A stretch of 64,000 nucleotides of DNA from Octopus sinensis. Its lineage: Eukaryota. Within the stretch, counting starts at the first letter, position 1. Each line of letters starts with the position of its first letter. The translations under genes were made by a program, and so were the position numbers. Shown here piece by piece: positions 52,132-64,000 of the stretch. Where the stretch lies: the NCBI RefSeq assembly GCF_006345805.1, contig NC_042997.1, positions 182,466,001 to 182,530,000 on the forward strand, given 5' to 3'. The notes under the pieces are model-generated. The model saw only the letters and a program-made list of their open reading frames with translations. It was not told where the DNA came from and ran no database searches.

Positions 52132-55100
52132 GTAAGTTTTACAGACTAGTCTGAAAATCATTGCAAAAGGAAAAATATAAATGTAGAAACTGAAACCTCT
52201 CTATATACATTTGCTTATATTTCTAATTAAATTTTAGAAAAATATAATGTATTCTGTTTTAGAATCCATCTTAGTGAATCTTTTAAAATCAAGATCCATT
52301 TCTTCATTCAGTTAAAATATTTTCATAGGGCTAGTTAGTTTTTCAGATCACCAAAACTGGTAGTCTTTCTTCAAATGCTGGCATTGATGAGATGAATCTG
52401 CATTTGGCACTTGAAAACAAGCAAGTACTTTTTAGGCAGTCAGTGTTGTAACATATGGTCCAGAATGTTAACAAGATACCATTTAACTGCAGGCAGATTA
52501 ATAGGCTTATTTTAATTGCCAAAAGTTATGTCATACTAATAATATATGTGAAGCAATTCCTGATAACTACCTAACAGTCTAATTATTGGTGTTATTTTGT
52601 TGTTAATTGTTTGTGGTTAATATATAACTTTCAATTAGAAACTTTTAAATCTTCATATAGGTACACATTACAAATAATGTTTTCTGTCTTACTTGTAAAT
52701 ACAAAAGCAATGCCTCTGCTAGAAGAAGAGTTAGAATAAAATTAAAGAATATAGATGTAGTTTTCTCCTTAGATTTAAGAGTCCTGAACTCTTGCATAAT
52801 GTAATGGTTCATGAATTTAATCTCCAGTACATAAACAATGATATCTGATGATGAAGGGAGTCTAAACCATTCAAAATGCGTTTTAGAAAAATATGGAAAT
52901 GACAAAGTCAACAGTTTGGAGCAATGTTTTCCAATTTTTTCTTTGAGCTAAAATTATACAATGTGTGCTGTTTACATATTGTGATGGTTGTAAAATAATA
53001 CTGCCGATGCTGTAAAGTATTTAGTAGTGCTCCACCATTTGTTTAGAGGGAGTTAATTTGTGAATTGTTCAATGTTGATTTTACAAGATTGGAATTTAGA
53101 TGAACAACCTTGGAACATTGTTGAATGAAATAAACTGAGAGTTGATTCTCTTTAGAAAAGGAGCAAAAAAGTAACCAGTGTTTTTATATCCTGAAGATTC
53201 ACAATTAATAGTTGTTGTTTAAAATAGCTACTATACTGTTGTAAGTTTTGTTCGAGTTGCAGTTTTTCATACATTTAAAGGTGTTTTTAGAATTTGATAT
53301 CATGTTTCTGTGTAGCAGTTTGATCTCTTGGCTAGAAAAGAATTACTTCAAGTGTAAACTGATATAACTTAATAAAAAAATAGGAAACATTGGCCTTTAA
53401 TTATACCAACAGACTCTTAATATCCTAATTTTCTTTATATCTTTTCTTAGTAGTAGCGTAAACTTTTCAAATATAAATGTAACTTGACTGAAATTAGTTA
53501 ATAAAATATATGCTTCTAAAGTGACTTTAAGGGCCACTGTGAATATCATTAAGCAGTTGAAAAGTAATTAACTGTTCCTTTCAATAGGACTCTGGTCCCT
53601 AGTCACAATAGTTTGGTGGACTAAGAGGCATAGAATTAAATGTACTACACAAATACTTAACAATGCTTGCAATAGATTTGAAAGCAAAACCTAGGAGTTG
53701 GCTGTCCAGTGCATATGCATTCAACCATGTCACTTGAAATAAACATTATCAATACTATTTGAAGCCTTCTGTCTTTAACTATTTATCTGTCTGTCTGTTC
53801 TTATTTTTTCTACCTGTACATAGTTATATGTACACTTACTTATATATGCACACATATGTAGTGTGAACCCCAGTTTTAGAATAGGTACACTGTATCCCAG
53901 CATGTTGTAAGAGGCGACTGAAAAAGTTGGAAAAAGGAATGGCATTTGGTTTTGAGACACTACCTCAGAAAAATCACCCAATCCATGCCAGCATAAAAGA
54001 GATGTAAGCCCTAATGTGGATTATCATCATATATGTATATCTGCGTGTGTGTTTGATTTGCTTCAGAAGGATCTGCAGTACTAACTGCCTTATTTAAGTG
54101 TTGAAAGGTATTTTCTTTTACTCGGACCAAATTTAATTTCTTTGTATTTTCCTTAGTCTGCCCTATGCCATAAATATATGAATAAATAACAGCTTGCTTT
54201 TATAATGCTTACTAATAATAATTAAAAATATATTGGTGATAATTGCATTGTTAGAAGATATTGTACTTACAATTAAGATTTCTTGCAAAAGAAAATAGCA
54301 TGCTCTAGAATATTAATTCAAAAGAAAAAATGGGTTTGAAATTAAGACAATTGAATTAAGCTTTAAATAATGCATACTAGCATTTACCATAATTGCTTTG
54401 ACAATATCAGGTATTAGCACAACTAATAATGTTATGTGAATGTAAACTTTGAAGAAGAATTTAAGATAACTTATTGTGAATTTGAACCATTTATGATATT
54501 TAATCAGTTCCAGTGAAGAGAGAACATATAACTATTTTCATGGTTTATAGCCTGAAATAAAATTAGAATAAATTTTGTTGGATATAATATCCTAGAAAGA
54601 TCAGCTCAAGCAACACATTCAAGAATGATATGCCTTTGAAAATTGATCATGTTGCTCATTGATGGTTTGACAGTCTAAATAATTATTCAATACATCTCAA
54701 ATTTTTGAGAAGCAAATGAAGAAGCAATGTACTTTTTATTATGTCCTTTTTATTATTATTTCAAGAGACTAGATCAATTTGAAGACTGATATTAAGTACA
54801 TTAGATTTTATTTAGATCAAAATTATCTTCTGTTAAGGTTTCAGCTTTAAGTTCCATGGTGTCAAATAGCAGAAAATCTGCTTTATTATGTTAAAGTGAA
54901 ATTTAGCTGTCCAGGGGTAAGATGGTTGAGTGGATATGGCATTGAACTCAAGATTTGTGTTCAAATCATCAACAAGCATTCTAAATATATTTGGCAGTAC
55001 CCCTAATTCTTCATGCTTCAAATCACCTAGCTGTTTGGAATAGATATCAGATCATCTGGGGATGTTTGCATCAGATAGATAGACATCCCATTTAGGGTAG

Positions 55101-55521
55101 GTTTGACTTTCATCCACTCAACAAACTGAAACCAGAACTAAGCACTGGCTTCAACTAATACAGGAGCCTCTAAGTGATTGTTCAACCTACTAAAAATAGA
55201 AGCCAAATTTATTGGTATCTTCCAGTTAAAATAAAAACCTGCTGACTTCTGTTCCATGATGTGCAGTTGTTTACAAATTTCAGACATTACTTGTTTAGTA
55301 GCCTCTTTCCCTCTTCCTCATTGTGTGTATGTGTGTGTGAATGTCCATTCATGTACATATGGTGTTTTTCATATTTTTGAGAAAGATCAGTAAATAGTTC
55401 ATGAGTTTGTTTAGTATTGAGAAAAGCAACTTCACACTATTTAATGCAAACCCACGCTTTTGGGTATCTTTTTATTTTAACTTCAGAATATTCCAAAATA
55501 TTTTTCTGCTTATATTTAGAA

Positions 55522-55920
55522 TTTTGTGGCTGTGTGGTAAGAAGTTTGCTTCTCAACCACATGCTTCTGGGTTCAGTTCCACTGCATGACACCTTGAGCA
55601 AATGTTTTCCACTATAGTCTCAGGTCAGCTAAAGCCCCTTGTTAGAGAATTTGGTAGACAGAAACTAAAGGAAACCTATTGTGTGTGTCTTTGTGTGCAT
55701 GTGTGTGTCCCTGCACTTAACAACCAGTGTCGGTGTGTTTATGTCCCTATAGTGGTTCAGTAAAAGAGACTGATAGAATAAGTACCAGGCTTAAAAACAA
55801 ATAAGTACCAGGCTTAAAAACAAATAAGTACTAGGATTGATTCATTTGGCTAAAAGATTCTTCAAGGTAGTGCCCCAGCATGGCTGCAATCTAATGACTG
55901 AATCAAGTAAAAGAAAAGAT
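55522..55920 (+). mobile_element. tRNA-derived SINE, older copy, with an internal 23-bp tandem duplication
   Basis: Colinear with the 49850-50230 copy; AATAAGTACCAGGCTTAAAAACA x2 at 55777-55822. Confidence 0.85.
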
Positions 55921-57402
55921 AAACAATAATATTTTAATGATTTACATAGCTTTCTGAATTAATGAAGACATTTTGAAAGCATTTGTTTCAACTGAAAACC
56001 CAAATATAAATTAGTAATATCTTAGTTATAGGAAATTTCACTTGGTCTTTTTCTATGAAACTTAGAAGTTGTTAGTCCAACTACTCAACAGAAAATGCAC
56101 TAATCTTCATATGAAAGGCTTATTTTAATGACACTATGAAAAAGAAAAATGAATGGGCTTATTGTTATTGACAATTTATATTATTTTTCAAATATATAGG
56201 TGGACTTGTAGTTTTCTTTCTAAAATAAAGTAATTGAGTTTTTTTGTTTTAATCCTTTGTTTAAGCATTACTGAATCAGGGCAAAGTTTATTTTGTATCT
56301 GTATATTTGTTTATCTCAAAAACATTGCACATGGGCTGTGAGCTGCATTCTACTATAATTTGTTGTGTCACTAGGCAAGTTATGTAAATGTTGTTTACTA
56401 AGGATTACCAGCTGAAAAAAGATATCAGTGTGACTGATATTTTTTTGTAATTGACTTTTATGTGTTGAAAACCAAAAATTAGTAGATTTTAGCTCAAGAA
56501 ACTATTTACGTTCTTGCTATTAGTCTGGTACAAGGTGAGATGAAAGTAGTATTAATGAATGAAAGAAGACTCAATTTTATCTGAAGCTTTAAATCTTGAA
56601 TGTGATTGTTCAGAATATTTTATCACTCCTCTCGCAATATAACTTATCCAGTAACAGACTTCTTATTGACAAAATATATTTTGAAATTATTTTGCCTTAA
56701 AGACAAAATAATTATAAACAAAATAAATCATGAAGCAGAGTTGATCTTTAAACAAAACTATTTCTCAAACCTTTATGTGATCAGTTATCTAACTTCTTAG
56801 TAATAACAAAATCTCCTTTAAATCAATCTTACCTTTTTATGCCTTAGTTCTGCTTAAGCAGAGGTGACTAAAGTAACACAACAATAACTGCATCAAGGTA
56901 CAAGGAAATTCTCTTTTGAGGCAACTCCACTCTATCCCTCAAAATATTGTAAATGTATGTCAGAAATATGTTGATGTGGAAGAAAGGGAAGAGCTATATT
57001 TGAAATAAACAAATTGAATATATAATTTGTTGCATTGGCGATGTGAACTTGAGAGACAAAATGCAAGTGGAGTGTCTAAGGGGCAGCTATTACTGATGCA
57101 AGTGAGGTGATTGCATTAGCATAGGTTGTAAGTTATATAAGGGATAAATCTGAGAAGTGGATTAAATTTCAAAGTATTAGTATTATGAAATTGATGATAC
57201 AAAATATAAAATTGAATACATGGCCAGCTGTGTGCAGTAGATATGACAGCATAGTATAACTCTGTACTATGAATAACTGATGTAAGTGTGATGAAAAGTG
57301 AGTTACACCTAGGAAATTTTGACACTAAATATGTACACTACATTTCAGACAATTGGGTTGCTGAGATGTACAAAAATGTGCTGCGCTATGTTTCTTGACA
57401 AC

Positions 57403-57983
57403 TTGTTAACTTAATAATTGAGTTTAATGTCAAGTTAACATTCATCAGCAAAGTCTGATATTGAAATTATAATGATGATTAATTTAAGGCTTTTTTTTTC
57501 TCTCTGATTTGTAGAGCAACAAATATAATGAGACTATTATTTATTATTATATCCTTGTTAACATAGCCTAATGCCCTAGAAACTGACCCACTTCAGCTCA
57601 TTCAGTAAAAGTAAATATGTTTGTAAAATCAACTATTTTTTTTTACTCATCATATATCTGACTTTTATGATTTCAGAAAAATTTCTATTCATGACACATT
57701 TGGACAATTGATGTAATGTACACTGTTTATCTAAACTGATATTTTTATTTCTTTCATTTAGAGGACATTGAAAGATCCATATTAACTACTAATTAAAAAT
57801 AAATGGATATATTATTCTGTACATGAATAAAGAATAACTTTGCCGAAAATGTATTCTATCTTATATTGACATTGTTAAAATGAACAAACAAATAGAAAAC
57901 ATTTTTTAAAAAATGTTTGAAGTATTTAATAAGTCAACAATAATTGTTAACTTAATAATTGAGTTTAATGTCAAGTTAACATT
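57403..57983. repeat. Exact 40-bp direct repeat pair (57403-57442, 57944-57983), each with internal dyad symmetry
   Basis: TTGTTAACTTAATAATTGAGTTTAATGTCAAGTTAACATT twice; TGTTAACTT…AAGTTAACA arms. Confidence 0.9.
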
Positions 57984-58363
57984 AAAATCATTCGTTTCTT
58001 GTTTTATTAATTCCTGCATTTCCTCTGGTTTTAAAATATTTGTTGAATGGATAAGTGTTGAAACTCAACATTCTGAGTCCTGGCCCCAAAAAGGTGTGAG
58101 TGTATGCATACACATGCACACACACACACACACACTTTGGGATTTAGACTCAGATTGCTGAATTTCAGCATTTAATGTCATTAACTCAGAAGGGAGTTTA
58201 CTTGTCAAATTTTAAAATCATTTCTCTAATGTTGCTTTATTAAGTTGAACTCTGTATTTGGTTTTCTAACTAAGCATTTTAGTCAATGCTGTCTGTACTA
58301 CCTTTTCTTCATTTCCAGTAGCTCCATGCCTAGAATGGAAGAGATATTATTCCCATAACTTAC

Positions 58364-58483
58364 CATTTTCGTTCTTTACATGCATGTTATCCCTCCATGT
58401 TATATCGCTTGACCAGGTCTTTTCAATATTTTTTCTTCTTTCATAATCTTCATAGGTCTTATTGTTAATTCTTTGTAAGGATT
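58364..58483 (-). CDS. Candidate antisense 120-nt exon or fossil ORF segment (SLQRINNKTYEDYERRKNIEKTWSSDITWRDNMHVKNEN)
   Basis: ataacctattctgccctcacag acceptor, ATG|gtaagt donor, only the phase 1 to 1 frame is open. The same frame extends both ways with scattered stops. Confidence 0.3.
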
Positions 58484-61400
58484 CTGTGAGGGCAGAATAG
58501 GTTATGAATATCTCAAGAGTACTTTTTTCTCTAAAACGTTTCTCCAGGTTCTTGTGTGTAAGTTACTTTATTGGTACAAATGGGTTGGAAGTAGATGATA
58601 GTTCCTCTTTTTTCACTGTAATATTGATGAAATTCAGTTTAGATATGCCATTGACTTTTGGATTTCAGTGCACCAACATTGTGACTCAGTGAAATTAAAA
58701 AGAAATTATTTTTCTATGGTAAGAGTAGAACAAGTTGCTTGCTAAAATAATACAATTTTCCTTTAACAGTTATTTTTAAAAGTTTCAAGAAGAAAAGTAA
58801 TCCTAAAAGATTACATAAGGTTCTTCTGGCAAGGGAAACTGAAGTAATTTCAGTTTATGTTAAGATGCTTAGTAGTAGATTCTATAATGATTAGAAGTAA
58901 ACTGAAACAATGGAGGACTATCCAGAATGAATCACTGGCTGTGTGATGGAGCTGAAAAATCATATTGCTTCATTGGCTGCTTGTTAGTCTTGATCAGATT
59001 TGCTTGACAGTTCTAGCTATGGACATCTGGTCTTTATTGTGAAACTTGCTGTTCTAAGATTTATGATTTAAACATATGGTATTAATTTTAAAGATGGCAG
59101 AGTTTGGTGAAACAAATTTTGCTACTATATTAAGAAAATTGAGTCAGCGGAAGCTGTTTCACCGGCTCATTGGATAGTTTTAGTGTGTAGCACAATATAA
59201 GAAAATAGGCCTTATTTTATTTAAATTGTATACTGTTATTCAATTAATTTTTAAAAAGTTTATTTGTTACTGTTCTTAATTAAATGTTTTAATGATTTGG
59301 AACATACTCAAATTTAATTACAATCATTTTCAATGTCATGTTGTCTGAATTACAACTTGTCTTTGTCTAAACCAGTGCAAATTCTTCAGAAGAGAATACA
59401 TCGATTACCTTTAGGTCTTTTACTTATCTAAAAGAAATTACAAACTGTGTGTGCTGAGAAAAAGCAATTTGAAACAGAAAAATATCTTAACATTAGTTAA
59501 TTTCATTAAGTAATTTAATGAATTGCTTGATGTAACTAAATAATTTACTTACATTTATTAGATTGTATTAATTCACCAAATTCACAAACGAGCAAAATTT
59601 TTTAAATATATGTTTGGCATTGTTAAGTAAGTAAATTAGTAAAAAATATTCTTCATTCAATAAGCTCTTATCATCAGTTAGTATTAACCAAAATAGCTTG
59701 AAACTAGTACATACAATCTAGTATACAGTTGGTGTCTGTCTGTTTGTCTGCACATATGTTTATGGTTATGTCATCTTAAAATATGAATTAGATGTTTTTA
59801 TAATTGCTAATGTCACGATGGGTGTTTTGGAAATCTTCCCCCAAAATAAAATAATGAATATAAGGTTATTAAAAGAAAACCTGTACTTAATGATGACTTG
59901 CAACACTCCTATATGTAACAGAATTATAAAAATATTTACAAATACTAAGAAATCATTAATTTACTTATTATTGTTACTTCTGTTATAAAAATAGAAGACA
60001 GTCTACCAGCCCTGACACAGTAAATTGCTATATTAACTGCCATAAAATTTGTCTAAATTGCCTTTTTTCAAGCCATTCTTTGAGATACAAGTTTGGAAGA
60101 GTCCATTACAATAATTGTTATTTCCTGTCCCAACATTCCCACGCATAAACAATTACAAATTTTCCCATTGTTTTTCTTTTTTCCTTTTTGTGCCTTTGTT
60201 GTCCTCCCACTCTCACCTCATAAGCAAGTAAAGCTAAACATTGTTCTGATTAAGTGTTGAGATTTGCAATTCAAAATTTTCTTTCTTGTTTAAGATATCA
60301 TGCTTAATCTAAAGATCATCTTGAATGATGCAGCCATGAGATACAAGAAAAATTAATTCCATTCTTTATATTTCTACCTTTTTGCAGGGAATACAGTGTA
60401 ATCCCCACAGAAATAAACAAATACACACATTCTATTTTTTGCTAAGTCTCATGCTTCTCTAAGCAAGTGTTACTTTTTACATTTAAAATATATTTGTGCT
60501 TATTAAAAATACCTAATTTGTATATTTCCTCAGTTATTTCTAGTATATTCAGTTACCACTATTTTGTAATTATTACTATTGAAAAGAAATTGACTGACAA
60601 GTTCATATGCTCGATTTATTATATTTTACTAAATTTCAGTAGAGGATTATTCTTTTATTTGACCTAATAACAAACAGGGTGGCATACAGTATTTACTATT
60701 TGCATTGAATATAAGCAATTACATTAATTTAGGTACTTTGACCTATTATGAGGAAAGGAGGGCATGAATACAGAAAAATTATTCTCTGGGAGTTGGCTTC
60801 CTTAGCTAATGAACATTTATTTGAAAATAGTCAAGGAACTCCTTTAGCTTTCTGACTAGCCTAGTATAGTCAGTGACATGGGCACTGGAAAAGTTAGAAG
60901 ATAAAGTATAAGAGAGCTAAAAGGCTGATTTTGAATGAAAGCATTTCAGAAGTGGATTGCAGGGAATGATACCTGAAAACTAGGTAGATATAAGAAAAAG
61001 CAGTAGGATATTTGCCAATGCTTACGCTTAGAGGATGAGTAACATGAATGTTTTTGAATTGTGGGTCAGCATATTCAGATGCAGAAGTATATATGAAATA
61101 ATATGAGACAACATGCCCTCAGAATAAAATATGGATAGGTTTTGCTTTGAAATAAAGGGTGGAACCTGTGGCAACTTCTCACAACATTTGTGAAAAATCA
61201 TCAGTTCTGGTAATAGTGAATAAAGCAATTAAAAAAACAAAAGCAGAAGTGCAGGTTCATCATTGACTTTCTAAAGACAGTTGAGTTTCATTAAGTATTA
61301 TGTTAGCTGTACAGAATGTTTAAGTGAAGTTAATGCAGGGGAATGGAGCTGTAATCCCTATTTATCATAAAACAATTACAACAGAGGTTCTTAGCCAAGA

Positions 61401-64000
61401 GCAAGCAACATTATTGATCGGCTCCTATTTTTTGTGGTCTGATGCTAGATGTTGTGCTGCCCGTGATGCAGGTAATGGATACAAATGAATTCCAAATAAA
61501 TTCTTTTCAACACAAACTCAGTTAAGATTTTAAAATATGTTAATCGCAGTAAAACAATTCTTTAAACATCCATTCTTTCATTAGATATACATCTATAATC
61601 AATACTTTAAGTATCTACAGGCCTTGATGTAGCAGTAATAGGTATGTTCAATGCCAGTTGGCTATATTATTGATTTCTAACATTGGCACAAATCCAATCA
61701 TTTTGGAGTATAGTTTATGAACTCAACTCCAATACTTGACTATTACTTTATTTTATTGACTCTAGAATGAAAGACAAATATGACTACTTGGCTATAATAT
61801 TTCTTTAAGCACAAGACCAATTTTTGTTGATTGGTGTTTATTTTATAAACCATTTTTTTTTTCTTTTTTTTTTTTTGGTGATGAAAAATGACCTCCAGTA
61901 GGATTTTGATTTTGGTTTGAGAAAGATGAAAGTAAATATTGTAATATAATAAGTCTGATGAAGTAGTGTCCTGATCATTTTCAGCTCCTTCCAGTAGCCT
62001 AAAATTTTAAAAAGCTGTCATCTTATAATAGAGAAAATGGTTCAATTCTATCAAGAAGGCATAAAGGATAAAATGTACACTTTGCACCTGAAAGATTAAG
62101 GCTGGTGACAATGAAAGTTTAGTGGCATTTTAAATGTAATCAGTTGTTATAAATTGGATTTGTTTATAGATTTTAGTGAAACCCATTATTGTTTCTTGCA
62201 AAAGATAATAATTGTACATCTGTAGAGTTTATTGATCTAATGGAATTGTTTATTGTGTAGTTATCAAAATTCATTTATTTCATATGTTTCTTATCCATAT
62301 AAAATAGTTATATTCCAAACAGTTACAGATTCCAAAAGAGAAGAGAAAGTAGAAATGTTTGAATAAATATCATATTGCAGTTGGCAACATTGTGTAATAA
62401 AAGAAGGCATTTTTGTACTTTAGAAAGCTAATCTTCAAAGCATATATTGAATATAGTGAAAGTGAGCATTATCTAATCTGTTACAATAACAGTGAAGCTA
62501 TGTAGCTTATGAATGGTGGTTACAGATAGCTTATGAATTACTTATTCTAAAGAATGGAATATCTTAAGATTAGTTATTTATCTATCTCTCTATCTGTACC
62601 AGTATACTATGCTCACAGTAAAAATAATGTGTAGTACCTACTTAATAGGTTTGTTAAAAAAAAGAAAAAAAGATAATAAAATGCCTTATTGCCTGCTAGT
62701 TGGAACTGTACATTCTTTTTACAAAGTAAATATGGCTTTGAGCCATTGCTAACCTGATAGATTAATTTGTTATCCTTGAAGATGCAACCATCTAAACTGA
62801 ATAGATGTAATAGATGCAATGCAAACACAATGAATCCTCTGTCATTTTCAGTGATGAGTATTTCAGTTATTTGATCAACTGAACTACTCATTGAAGTATA
62901 GTGTAAGTGGCTAAACATTCCACAGGGACTTGTACCTTTAATGTATTTCTCAGGCAAAATTGGTATGATTACAAGCAGTATGGGACAAAGATGGCTCTTT
63001 GAATTAAGGTGTTGTCCATCAAACAGGCTTTCATGCAAGTTCCTTCTACCCACTTTTAGTCATAAGGTTTGAGTGAGTCTGAGGCTACAAGAAATAAAAA
63101 AAAGAATCTAAAGTGCTATGCAATAGGATCAAACCCATGACCTCATGGTAGTGAAACGTTTTAACAATTTGGCCATCCCTCCACTTGCATGTGTGCGTGC
63201 ACACATACACATGCAGACCCACATACATTGTGATATCCAGTATCGCCATTAATAATACAAACATTCATTGTTATGTTCAAGGTCATAAATGAATAACAAA
63301 GGAGCTTGATACATCATTATTACAACAAAAAAAATATTAAGTGAATAGTCTGTATTTAAAGTTTACAATCACTCTACCAGGGTACTATTGTTTTAGTCTC
63401 AACACATGATCGTAACTCAAATCACCTAGAATTTTTCAAGAGAAAGTTGAATCTGAAATATGTAATTTAGCCTTATATAGAAGCAACACAGTAAAAACTT
63501 AACCAATACATGCCAGCATTAGTAATACACATTGAAATGATGAGGGTATTGATATAATTTTCACATACTAATACATGAATATATAGTTTGAGTGTAGAAA
63601 GTAAGTTTAGGATTGACAGAATCATTAGCTTATTTGCAGTATATGTCCCAGTTTTTTACCTTCTACATTCACCTGCAATGACTCTTACCAAGCTCTGTTA
63701 GCTTTTTCCTCTAGACAACATTAGGGGCATGAAAAAGATTTGTTGTTGTTATTCCCTAAAGATGACCTTACTCAGGCTTGCAAGAGAGGAACCTTCCAAG
63801 TGCAACTACATGGTCAACCCTGACTCAGCAAAGAGATTTTTTTGCTTCAGTGTTAAATTTTTTTTTTTTTTTATTATAGTGAATGTCTTAGGATTTATAA
63901 TTACTAGTTATTCTTGATTTTAGAAAAGCTAGATGACTTTTGCAGAAATATTCAAACAGAAAGTACCTAATGAAAAGTAAACTTTCAAAAGAACTTGGAA

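Overview
AT-rich, microsatellite-dense eukaryotic genomic DNA. The repeat landscape suggests a cephalopod, probably Octopus (inference). No prokaryotic-type operon, CRISPR array or intact long host ORF is present. About 4.5-9.8 kb is CpG-retaining and contains what looks like a divergent promoter. A minus-strand gene starts at 6221 (MALKSAVHE|gtaagt) and a plus-strand gene starts at 6774 (MSGKAEKT|gtaagc) behind a uORF-rich leader. I cannot name either product. Most of the rest is CpG-depleted, intron-like DNA. It holds a ~21-kb pile-up (13.9-35.8 kb) of CR1/L2-group and RTE-clade LINEs separated by compound (TA/TG/TATG)n microsatellites, plus tRNA-derived SINEs, a mariner 5' fragment and Helitron-like fragments. 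Nearly all listed ORFs are microsatellite artefacts or broken LINE ORF2 pieces. The best signals are: a covarying 3' stem-loop shared by two LINE families and a SINE; a higher-order tandem array growing from an RTE 3' UTR; several fold-back structures; and the uORF-laden leader. I see no convincing wholly new protein-coding system.
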